The notes under the pieces were generated by a model, which saw only the letters and a program-made list of their open reading frames with translations, was not told the origin of the DNA and did not search any database. A program made the position numbers and the translations under genes. A stretch of DNA of 64,000 bases from the human T2T-CHM13v2.0 reference genome, Homo sapiens, in NCBI RefSeq assembly GCF_009914755.1, contig NC_060930.1, one strand, 5' to 3'. Positions 51,538 through 63,112 of the stretch are shown here, one piece after another; positions within the stretch are counted from its first letter, which is position 1, and each line of letters begins with the position of its first letter.

Positions 51538-51807
51538 TTTTTTTTGAGACAGGGTCTCGCTCTGTTGCCCAGGCTACATGGCTCACTGAAGCCTTGACCT
51601 CTTAGGCTCAGGCAATCCTCCTGCCTCAGCCTCACTAGTAGCCAGGACTACAGGCACACACCAGCACACCTAGCTAATTTTTGTAGTTTTTATAGAGACA
51701 GGGTTTCGCCATGTTGTCCAGGCTGGTCTTGAACTCTTGGGCTCAAGCAATCTACCCTCCTTGGCCTCTCAATGTGTGGGATTATGCATGAACCACCGTA
51801 CCCAACC
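51538..51807 (-). mobile_element. AluJ
   Basis: J-type gggctcaagcaatc; TSD ending tcagttct. Confidence 0.9.
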
Positions 51808-52119
51808 TAAGCTCAGTTCTGATGCTCATTTCCTTTACAACCCCATTTCCAGCCTCTTCAGTGATTTTACCCTAGAATTTACATAATCAATTAATGCACT
51901 GCCTCCAACATTTCTGGCTTCCCACTCTCTGTCCACCAACTGCTTTTCCAGCTCACTTACTGTAGTACCATTACTCCATTTAGGGTACGCCAATCTATGT
52001 GCCTTACCATTTTTCAGTGACCATTCTCCATCCCATTACATGTCCTATATCTCTTTTCTTATTAGACTCTATGGTTCATTGAGGTAATCACTTCTTTGCA
52101 TATGCCCTCAATTCTTAAA

Positions 52120-52400
52120 GTGAATTGAAGAGTATCTCCCCCAAATCCACGTCTACTCAGAGCCTCAGAATATGACCTAATTTGGAAATAGGGTCTTTGC
52201 AGATATAATGAGTGAAGATGAAGTCTAAATTAGGGTGGACCCTAAATTCAATAACTGGTGCACTTATAAGAATAGAAGAAAGATACAGGAAACATAGACA
52301 CAAGGAAGAGGACCATGTGAAGATGGAGCTAGAGAATGGAGTTTTATGCTGCCACAAGCCAAGGAATGCCAAAGACAGCTGGCAACACCAGAAGACAGGA
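52120..52400 (+). mobile_element. MaLR LTR fragment (MLT1C-like), 3'-truncated
   Basis: cctcagaatatgacctaatttggaaatagggtctttgcagat...gccacaagccaaggaatgcc. Confidence 0.8.
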
Positions 52401-52810
52401 GACAGTTACCCACTCCATTACTTCCTTCTCCTTTATAATAAAACTCCTCCAAAAAGTTGTCAGTATTAAATCTCTCACATCAACCTACTTCCATCATGTC
52501 TTCATTCCTATCAATAATGTTCATTTTGTCAAATGCAGTGGTCAGTTTTAACCCTCATCTTAGAGACTTCTTAGCAGCATTTGAAGCAGTTGACCACAAA
52601 ATCTTCTGTAAAACATATTTTCTTCAATTGGCTTCTTGGATATCTGTTTTCATATCTTCCTCTATACTCATTGGACTCTCATGCTTGGTTTCTAAGTATC
52701 TGAATGGCAGAGCAGCCAGGGTTCAATCCTTTGAACTCTGCCTCTGTACCTACATTCATGCGTTCATTAGGTAATCTCATCCTGTTTCATTATTTAAAAA
52801 CCATCCATAT

Positions 52811-53782
52811 ATGTGAAAAGGTGCTCAACATCATTGATCATCAGAGAAATTCAAATCAATACTACAATGAGCTATTCCCTCACCCTGGTTAAAATAGCAT
52901 ATATCCAAAAGACAGGTGATAAACAAATGCTGGCAATGATGTGGAGAAAAGGGAACCCTCGTACATTGTTGATGGGAATGTAAATTAGTACAGCCACTAT
53001 TGAGAATAGTCTGGAGGTTCCTCAAAAAACTAGAAATTTAGCTACCATATGATCCAGCAATCCCACTGCTGGGTATATAGACACAAAAAAGGAAATCAGT
53101 ATATCAAAGAGATATCTGCTGGCCTATGTTTGTTGCAGCACTGTTTACTACAGCTAAGATTTGAAAGCAACCTAAGTGTCCATCAACAGATGAATGGATA
53201 AAGATGGTACACATACACAATGGAGTACTATTCAGTCATAAGAAAGATTGAGATCCAGTCATTTGCAACAACATGGGGTAGAACTGGAGATCATTACGTT
53301 AAGTGAAATAAGCCAGGCACAGAAAGACAAACATCACATGTTCTCACTTATTTGTGGGATCTAAAAGTCAAAACAATTGAACTCATGGACATGGAGAGTA
53401 GAATGGTTACCAGAGGCTGGGAAGGGTATTTTGGGGGCTGTGAGGGAGGCGGGGAAATGGGTACCAAAAAAAAAAAATAGAAAGAATGAATAAGATTTAC
53501 TGTTTAATAGCACAATAGGGTAACTATAGTCAATAATAACAATAATACATTTAAAAATAACTTAAAGAGTGTAATTGGATTGTTTGTAACTCAAAGGATA
53601 AATGCTTGAGGGGATGGATACCCCATTCTCCATGATGTGCTTATTTCACATTGCATGCCTGTATCAAAACTTCTCATGTACTCCATAAATATATACACTT
53701 ATGTACCCACAAAAAATTTTAAAGTGTTAAAAAAAATTAAAATGTTTATTAGCAGGTAAAAAAATAACTAAAAAATACAAAA
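52811..53782 (+). mobile_element. 5'-truncated L1MA (L1MA2/3-like) with 16-bp TSD
   Basis: ORF2 end and 3' UTR (ggatggataccccattctccatgatgtg); TSD taaaaaccatccatat 52795-52810 and taaaaaccgtccatat 53783-53798. Confidence 0.92.
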
Positions 53783-54696
53783 TAAAAACCGTCCATATGC
53801 TACTGACCCAGATGTTATCTACAGCTCCTCAGAGCTCTAGAATCATGGGTAACCAATGTCCTATTCAACATTTTCACTAATAGACATATCAAATTCAATC
53901 TGTACAAAACCAGACTTGATTTCCTCACTTACCAAGTTCAGTGCTCCCCCATTCTTCCCCATCTCGTTTATCCCTGTCTCATTCTGCCCAAAATGTTAGA
54001 TATTCATTATCCTGGGCTCCTTTACATCATTCCACATCCAAATCTAGCACCAAACTTTGTGAGCATTACTTTCAAATCATGTACCCTTTTAGCATCTCTG
54101 CAACTACCACCCTGTCCCAAACCCCATGTCTCTTGTCTGTTACTGAGTCAGCAAGATGCCTCCCAACTGGCTTTTCCCATTAGACTCATTTGCTCTTGTC
54201 TTATTGTTTGCTCCTCATACATTATCCAGGATGGTCTTATTAAAATATGAATCAGATCATGTCATTCCCCTGTATAAAATGTCCCAATGACAATTCCATT
54301 ATACTTGGAATAAAAGCCATACTCCACACGGTGGATCCCAAGACCATACATGGTCTGGCCCCTCCCAGTCTCTCCAACTCATTTCCTCCCCCTCTGCTCC
54401 AGCCATCTTTGCCTTCCTGACATTTCCACTAGGGCAAGTGCATCTCGAGTTCAAGGTCTTTGTACTTGTAGTTGTCTCTGTCTGGGAGGTTTTTCTTCTC
54501 TGATATCTGTATGTCTTATTCCCTCACTTTACTCAGAAACTTTTCTTAACTATTTCCTCCTCAGAGAGGCCTTATCTGATCATATTATTTAAAATAATAT
54601 TGCATCTATACCATATCCAATCATTTTCCATATCCTACTTTGATTTATGTGTTTTTGGGGTGATATTTATTGGTACTTGAAATTATATACATATAT

Positions 54697-55250
54697 ATTT
54701 TTTAATTTTTATTTTTATTTGAAGTCCTGGGGTACATGTGTAGAATGTGCAGTTTAGTTACATAGGTAAACATGTGCATGGTGGTTTGCTGCACCTATCA
54801 ACCCATCACCTAGATATTAAGCTCAGCATGCATTAGCTATTTCTCCTAATGCTCTTCCTCTCCCCACCCGACCCCCCGACAGGCCCCATTATATGTTGTT
54901 CCCCTCCCTGTGTCCATGTGTTCTCATTGTTCAGCTCCCACTTATAAGTGAGAACATGTGGTGTTTTGTTTTCTGTTCCTGCGTCAGTTTACTGAGGATA
55001 ATGGCTTCCAGCTCCATCCATGTCCCTGTACAGGACATGATCTCATTCCTTTTCATGGCTGCATAGTATTCCATGGTGTATATGTACCACATTTTCTTTA
55101 TCCAGTCTATCATTAATGGGCATTTGGGTTGATTCCATGTCTTTGCTATTGTGAATAGTGCTGCAATGAACATATTCATGCATGTATCTTCGTAATAGAA
55201 TAATTTATATTCCTTTGGTTATATACCCAGTAATGGGATTGCTGGGTCAA
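54697..55250 (-). mobile_element. 5'-truncated L1PA (L1PA8-10-like) 3' end
   Basis: ORF 54931-55179 is the L1 ORF2p C-terminus (MFIAALFTIAKTWNQPKCP...WYIYTMEYYAA); L1PA 3' UTR. Confidence 0.93.
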
Positions 55251-55474
55251 GACAATAATATATTATATTTATTTACTTACTGGCTTATTACCTGTCTTTT
55301 TTATTAGAACATAAATATCAAAGGGCAGGGGCTTTGTCTTGCTCACTATTTTAACTCTAGAAGCTTAAACATGGTTGTCATTAAATAAATATTTAATTAG
55401 TTGAGTAAAATTTCTGTTTACAAAAAATTTAAGAACATGGAGAAAATGTATAAAATAACACTAATAATCAAATC

Positions 55475-55650
55475 GCTAATAATCACTGGATATATGCCAG
55501 GGAGTCTGCAAAGTACTTTACAAATATGATCTCTTTAATCCTTGTATCAACCTGAGAGGTAAGGTATTATTATTTCAATTCAACAAATGAAGAAAGGAGA
55601 GTTTAAAAAAAGTTTAAGAAATTTACTGCAGCCAAACAGGGGAGTGGGGC
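55475..55650 (-). mobile_element. MIR SINE
   Basis: tctctttaatccttgtatcaacctgagaggtaaggtattattatttcaattcaacaaatgaagaaa. Confidence 0.6.
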
Positions 55651-55944
55651 ATGTTCCCTTCTGGGTCACACTATGCGCCTCCATGGATCCCTCAAACCCA
55701 GGAGGTCATCTCAAACCCTTTATTCAGAGACAACCACCTTCTAGGCCGAGGCTTTCTACCTAGCAGAGTAGCACCCTCACTGTGGACACAATTAAACAAA
55801 CAAATGGATGAACAAACATCTAACTTGCCTATGGCCGTACAGTAGTAGGTCAAATAACTGAAATTCTAACCTGAAATTGACTGGTGTCAAAGCCCGAGGA
55901 TTCAATATCTCAACCATGTAAATGTTTATTCTTATTTATGGTAG

Positions 55945-56875
55945 AAAAGGGACTGGTTATGTTTCCCGTAGTATGCTGGAGTAGTACCCTAGGTGGCTCT
56001 CCTGACTAAAACAAAATATTGGACAGAATAAAAATGCTGCATTGAGCTGGCACAAAAGTAAGGAATTCACTAAGCACATAAAAGAAGGGAAACTAGCAAC
56101 CCTGGGAGGTAACCAGATGCTGGAGGCTCTTAAACTGGGGAATTCTGATTAAACCTGGAAACCTTGGTTGTTGCTTGAGGTTCAGGGAATGAAAGATAAA
56201 CCTCAGACCTCTGCCAAGGTGAGGAATCCTTGTATAAAGTTAGGAGAATCTCAAGTGGTTGCATCCTCTATGAAAAGCTGCTGAATGAGAAATAAAATCC
56301 ACTGTTCAGGAAAGCTACAAAATAACTTGCTTCATAACTTTTGGTTTTGAAAAGAAGGGAAAAAGATCTTCACTGAAAATGCATAATCATATTAAAGTCC
56401 CATGAAAGATGACCTGTTAGAATTCATGCCTTCAAGCTGAGAATTGAATTAAATAATTTTTATTTGGTAGCACTTCCAGGTAACTAGCAGAAGTAGACAT
56501 GAATCCACTATAGAGGAATGGAAGTTCAATTCAGGTCTCAAATAATTTTTGCAGAAAAGGTTTTAAGAGAAATGAGCCACTTATAGTCACAAATCACACA
56601 CACAAAGCAACATAAAGGAGAATTTCAAAGAGCGGACAATAGTCACAGACTCCGAAAGACTCAACCAGCTTGATTTATCAATGCTAAATAGAAGTTATAC
56701 TTAATGTTAAAAAAAAGATAAGTTGGAAATTGAAAATATGAACAGAGAAAAGGCAGAATTTTTTTTGAGGCAGAACTTCTAGAAATTAAAAAGGTAATAC
56801 TTGAAAATAAATTTTGGCTGATGACTTCATTAGCAGGTTGAATAGAACTGGATAGAACATACTGAGATGGAATAT
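55945..56875 (+). mobile_element. Ancient L1 (L1M/HAL1-like) 5' UTR-ORF1 region
   Basis: A-rich decayed ORF1-like sequence, gaacttctagaaattaaaaaggtaatacttgaaaataaa. Confidence 0.55.
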
Positions 56876-57451
56876 GGAGCTCTAGTCCAGACAGGCAGGG
56901 GTGAACTGCTGAGCCAACAGGTTTATTAGAGGGGGTAAGGGACAAGTGAGGGACAATAGCCCAGGGCATTCTAGCAGGCTGTATGGAAGCTGAGAATCTC
57001 AGATCTCAAGTTACTCCAGCAGCAGGCTAAGGATGGGGCCATCAGGATGAACAGCTTCCAGATGATAACAGGCAGCTCTGCAAAACAGCAGATACTACGA
57101 GCATTCACCAAAAGCAGCATTCACCAAAGGCCCAGCATGAGAATAGGATGTCCTTTTTCCCTAATGTTACAAGGACACATAAACAACACATCTCCCTCCA
57201 TATATTTGGACTCCCTGCTAAGGGGCAAGGGGCCCTGAGAGCTCAAGCATTTTTATCAAAATGAGGTACTATTACCCGACTTTTAAAAATTTTGCAAATA
57301 ATATCAATATTAAATCAGAATGCAAATTTAGTTAATTTTTAAACACACAGTGGCTAGGGTTATGAGTAAAACGATATTAATTTCAGACAAAATTACAGAG
57401 CTACATTTTTCTGCCACATCTCCATATATGACATCTCTACATTTGTATGAT

Positions 57452-58066
<615 letters not shown>

Positions 58067-58636
58067 CCATCTAGTTACATTCAAATCTAGTTAGTTCTCT
58101 TCCTCGTACATTTATAATATTGAATGGAAGATAAAACTAAAGATATAGTGGAAAATTGTTTTATTCCAAGTTTCACTGTTTCAGTGTTCCTGAGACCTCC
58201 AAGTAGGGCTTGAGAATGTAAGTTTTATGCAGCACTCCTTTATGCACCACTCAGATCATGAAGTGTGTAATAAATTGTTTGATTCTTTGTGCGTGGTCCA
58301 GAGACCTGCCTTCAGTAAACCTTTTAAGTAATTTCACAAGTTTGGTAAGGGGAGGCTAGAGGAGACAGAGATCCAGAAATAAAGTTTCTTTTTTCTGCTT
58401 CTGTGCAAAATTCCTGGCCCCTAGATGTCAGAAAGGAGAGGGCATTTTGAGTAGGTTTGGAGTAAGAGTTGAGACACTAAGACAGACCCTGCAATACCCT
58501 GGTCATCATTGCATCCTCTGTTTCAGGGCAGTCATTTGGAATGAATAAAAAGACAACTGACTGAGTAGCAGAAAGAGGGGTCTTCGCATCCCAAACCAGT
58601 GCCCGTGATAGGTAGGTGATGAAAGGCCCACAAATG

Positions 58637-58714
58637 TGTAAACACAGATGCTGACATGGAGATGCTGAGTCATGACTCAATGACTGTGATGTTATTATCT
58701 ATTTTGCTGACTCA
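58637..58714. promoter_or_regulatory. AP-1 / CNC-small MAF (ARE/MARE) motif cluster, candidate enhancer
   Basis: TGCTGAGTCAT 58663-58673, TGAGTCATGACTCA 58666-58679, TGCTGACTCA 58705-58714, TGTAAACA 58637-58644. Confidence 0.5.
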
Positions 58715-59829
58715 TTGGGGCTAGTTGTTCTATAGTTTTACCTGTCCCATTGGCCGGGGGTTTATCAATATATGACTTGCTCTGAAAGAATTCCTAAAAT
58801 TATTCTGTAGCAGAGGGATATGATGGGAGGAAAAAAAGTTTTCTTTCTGGCAGAGACTCAATGGCTGTACTCTAAGTAAGGAGGAAAGATCAGTATGGAT
58901 GTATCATTTTAGCTCATATATTTCATATCTCACTCATTCTTGAATCAAAAGTATAACTTACAGAGAAACTCTGGATGAGTATGTCAGAATCTCACAGAGT
59001 GAAACTGAGGAGGTGTGGTAGATGTTGCTAATTCCAGTCTTCTACTGTAGGAGAAACTGTTCCTGTCTCCATGGCCTCCACCTCACATAGGACTTTCTCC
59101 TACCAGCCCTGCCTGGGAGGAGTGGTAGGAGTCCAGTCCCTTAGGAGGGCATGTGTTCTTCTCCAGATCAAGGGCTTTCTTTGTTACAAGGGAACCTGAT
59201 GCTTGACTCATGTGGTTTATATCCAGTTTAACTCTCGGGATCACCTACGACAAGTTTTCCCCCAATCCAAACAGAACCCTTGTCATCACCTGTATTCTCT
59301 TCACTACGTTCAACTGTTATCTCTGGTGACTCTTACTACAATCTGTCCAAATTTGGCTAACATTCTAGTAGAAGTCTGTTTTCTGACTTGTAATTTTCTT
59401 GCTTTGAAATTTGTCTGTACTCCGTTAAATTCTATCTTAACTGCCACCACTAGAAAAAAAAAAAAAACTATTTCAAAAATAGTACAAAAGCTTTGGGAAA
59501 GTGTCAGAAATGTTTATAATTAAATTTGGCCTGATACGATGCTAACTTAATATTAGATTCACCACAAGCTATAAGGAATGAATGAACAAAATAAATAAAA
59601 TTTTAAACTGATATAACTGAAAGCAAGAAAGATGGGCTCTTTCTTAAAAGAAGAGGTATGACAATCATTTCTTACCTCCTTTCAGTTAATGACAGTCTAT
59701 CCAATTTCTTAAATAGCTCTAAAAATGTATTTCCACCTCTACATTTCTACCATCACTTTTAGTTAAGATTTCATTATCTCTTGCCTGCATTCTTATGAGA
59801 TAAAAAAAAGTAGAGAGTAAAGGGAAAGA

Positions 59830-60930
59830 GACCAGTTATTGGAGGCTTACTATGTGTTGGGCAGTTTGGTATACGGAGATAAAGGAATGAATAAGACACA
59901 GCCCTTGTCCTTAAGGAGCTCATAGTCTTAAGGGGAGATACATGCAAACAAGTAATTGTTTTACAGTGTGATTAAGATGACAATAGTGACAGTATGAGAT
60001 AAAGCATTAGCACTGAGGAAGAAATAACTAAGTCCTGTCTAGGGGTGTTAGAGAATCCCTTCCAGAAGTCATGCCTGAACTGGCAGTTAAGGGAGTAGGG
60101 CAAGGCAACCCAGGAAGAAGGCACAGACAGATACTTGGCCTGCTGCAGATGATCCAGGCTGTGCCTGTCTTCTCCATCCTTTATCTCACATACGTGAGCT
60201 TGGGCAACCTCAAAATGCTTATGGCTTTCCCAGAGATTCCATGTGGTTTCATGCCTTTGTACTTTTGTGTGTTTTGCTCTCTTCATTTTCTACCTTTTCC
60301 TGTAAGTAGTGATAGTTAGGGAAAGTTTTGAACAAAGGAGGAACATGATCAAGCTTCTATTTTAGAAATAGAGAAAGCTTGATTTTAGAAATCAAGCTTC
60401 TATTTTTGTGGTTTTGTTGGGGATGAATTGAAAGAGAAAAAGACGATAGTTAGAGAAACGAATCACAATCCTGCTACAAGAGTTAATGAGATGCTAGACT
60501 AAGGAAGTTGCGGTGGAAAGGAAAGAACTGCGTGGATATGAGAGATGATAAAAGGTGGATTCAAAGAGACTTGATGATTTATTGCGTGGGATGAGTAGGG
60601 CAAAGGAAGAACAGCATGGAGTGAGAAGAATCTATGATGAACCTTAGTCTCTGTCCTAAGACGTTGGGTGCTTGGTGTTGCCACCAACCAAAGTCAGAAA
60701 TAGCAGATGAAGAACATATACTGGGGGAATGTTAATTTCATTTTTTGACATAAATGGTCATGTAGGTGACTTGGTTAGAGGTGACAGGAAGTAGCTGGAT
60801 TTGTGGCTAGAGTTCAGGAAAGAGCTCTGGGGTAGGGATTTATATTGGGAGGCTTCATCAAATAAGGCGTAGTTTAAATAAAGGGAATGCATTTAAAAAG
60901 TAGAGAAAATATGGGTGAAACTCCTGGTTT
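59830..60930 (-). mobile_element. L2 with an internal inversion at ~60111-60302
   Basis: ttattggaggcttactatgtgttgggca...gaataagacacagcccttgtccttaaggagctcatagtct; the middle segment reads as sense L2. Confidence 0.75.
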
Positions 60931-61879
60931 GTGACTGAGGTGACTGATTGACATAGTTGACTTCTACGGGGAGGGACTCACTGCTATTGTAGAATGTTTT
61001 TTAGGAGTAGCCCAGCTGGACAGAATGCTACAGATACCAAAATAAAATAGGTGCCAGTTTTTTCAAACTGAGGTGACTGAGAATGATCCATCTGGCATAG
61101 GAAACGTCCACCTTCCCGGACTGAGGCCCTTAAGCACTTTCATCCTGCAATTAAGATTATCTGGATGCAAGAAAATATGATAGGTGTGTCTGACTGAGAT
61201 GATTTGCAAATAATTTAATGATTGAGGTACTTTCCTCTCTAAGTAATTACAGGAAGACTTACAACCTTATGAAAGACACCAGGTTATGAAATTATTTTGA
61301 AATAAAGTAGGTATGAGTGTAATAACAATAAAAACAAAACAATAGTAGTCTTATAGTCTGGTAAAAGAGGTCCAGAAGAATGCCCATATTTCTCTAGTGC
61401 TATTCTAGATAGGGCTATATCCACTTGCCAACACAATGTATTGATGGAGTTAGCAGGAAGAGAAGATCTCAGAATAGTAAAGAGAGACACACCCAGCAAC
61501 TGTAGTGAAATAAAAATCTCTTAAAATCACTCAGCTACATTTATTCTAATGAGCGCATAGTAAAGACTTAACAAATGCTCGTTAAAGGAATTAATGACTT
61601 ATTGTTTATTAAGCAATCTTCTAACCTTAATTTGCTTTTCCAAGTAAATTTCCCTTTTGGAAAGAGAAGATGTTGACTATCAGATAGGTAACTGTTGTCA
61701 AGGAGATGTCTCCTATGTATCTGGCACATAGTAAGTGTTCAATAAATATTTGAGGGAGGAAAGAAAGTATGGGAAAAAGATGAGGAAGAAAAGGAATGAA
61801 AGGTTAGTTAAATTAGTTTTCCCATACATACTCATTCTCAAGACCTTGAGCTGTCTAAACTTACGCTCTAGAATTGTAC

Positions 61880-62310
61880 TTTTTAACTTAGGTTGTGTCT
61901 GAATTACTTGAAATGCTTAAAAATAGAGACTTCGCTGGGTGCGGTAGCTCACATCTGTAATTCCAATACTTTGGAAGGATTGCTTGAGTCCAGGAGTTTG
62001 AGATCAGCCTGAGCAAGACAGTGAGACCCCATCTCTACAAAAAATAAAAAAAGTTAGCCAAGCATCCAGGTATGGTGGTGCAGGCCTGTAGAGGTTTGAG
62101 GCTGCAGTGAACTGTGACTGCATCACTGCACTCCAGCCTGGGCAACAGAGTGAGACTACATCTAAAAAAAAAAAATAGAAATTCAACAAGGCTCCACCCC
62201 ACATGCATTGATTCAGAATTTCAGGAGGTGACATCAGGCCGAGTATACACTTTTAAACCTCTGCTGATGATTGATGCTGTTGCATAACCTGGGTTGAAAA
62301 TTGTTATTTT
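61880..62310. mobile_element. MER5-like MITE split by an AluJ
   Basis: gaattacttgaaatgcttaaaaatag | aggctccaccccacatgcattgattcagaatttc...ctgggttgaaaattg. Confidence 0.6.
61933..62172 (+). mobile_element. AluJ with internal deletions
   Basis: ggattgcttgagtccaggagtttgag; gaggctgcagtgaactgtga; TSD aaaatagagactt/aaaatagaaatt. Confidence 0.88.
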
Positions 62311-62732
62311 CAGATGCAATAGCTCCTGGTTACATTCATTAAGTAAAGCTCCAAGCCTATAGAATTGAGAGATCCGATCTCAAACCCAGAGTATCCTCAC
62401 TCACATGTAGGACACTATGGGGCTCCTCTAACCAATCTGCCAGGTCTTGTTTTTGTCTGCATTTTGCTCATATTATATAACCCCAAGCTACCCAGTGGAT
62501 GGGGATAGAAACCCAGACTGATTCTGACTAATTTTTGTGTTTGAGGGATGACTGATTGTACCAAGCTTAACTATCTCTCCTCAGCAATGCTAGTCTGGAA
62601 CTATCCCTCCCCAGCAATGCTGGTGTTGTTTTTACTTAAACTTCCAGCTCCTCTACAACTATTAGGACAAATGAAGTGGCTGAACACACTTCATTCAAAA
62701 CATTAAACACCTAATAATCTTTGTAAAGTTGT

Positions 62733-62826
62733 ATCTTCATCATGAAATCTTTGCCCATCTTTGCCACATTGTCTTCCACAATGGTTGAACTAATTTACAC
62801 TCCCACCAACAGTGTGTAAGTGTTCC
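62733..62826 (-). mobile_element. Two short inverted L1 ORF2 fragments matching the downstream L1
   Basis: 62733-62758 = reverse complement of 63521-63546 (25/26); 62777-62826 = reverse complement of 63951-64000 (49/50). Confidence 0.9.
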
Positions 62827-63112
62827 ATAATACATCAGAAATGTATTATGACATTCCTGATGATCAACCCCAATGTTTAGATTTCATTTTCATTCTTATA
62901 GGAAAAAGAAATACCAGCAAATCAGCACTTCACCCGTCCTCAGTTATCTAAAAGTAATTCTTTAATAAACTTTCTTGACCCAAATCCAAAGCTGGGGAGG
63001 CAGGAAGATAGTCAGGGCCCCCAGGGCTAGACAAGGCTGTGGCCGGGGAGGTAGACCTTCTGTTGTCACACTCTTCTTTTTGGGTGACTTGCTCCAATTA
63101 AAACATGGCTCT

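Larger units (their letters stand above)
51100..55405 (+). mobile_element. Long L2 interrupted by AluJ, MLT1, L1MA and L1PA insertions
   Basis: ttagcagcatttgaagcagttgaccac; aatatgaatcagatcatgtcattcccctg; tcctcagagaggcctt; 3' end taaataaatatttaattagttgag. Confidence 0.75.

Noticed and set aside
57100-57128. 13-bp direct repeat agcattcaccaaa (16-bp period); also actgaggtgactga at 60934 and 61067
   Set aside because: Ordinary short slippage or chance repeats with no further structure
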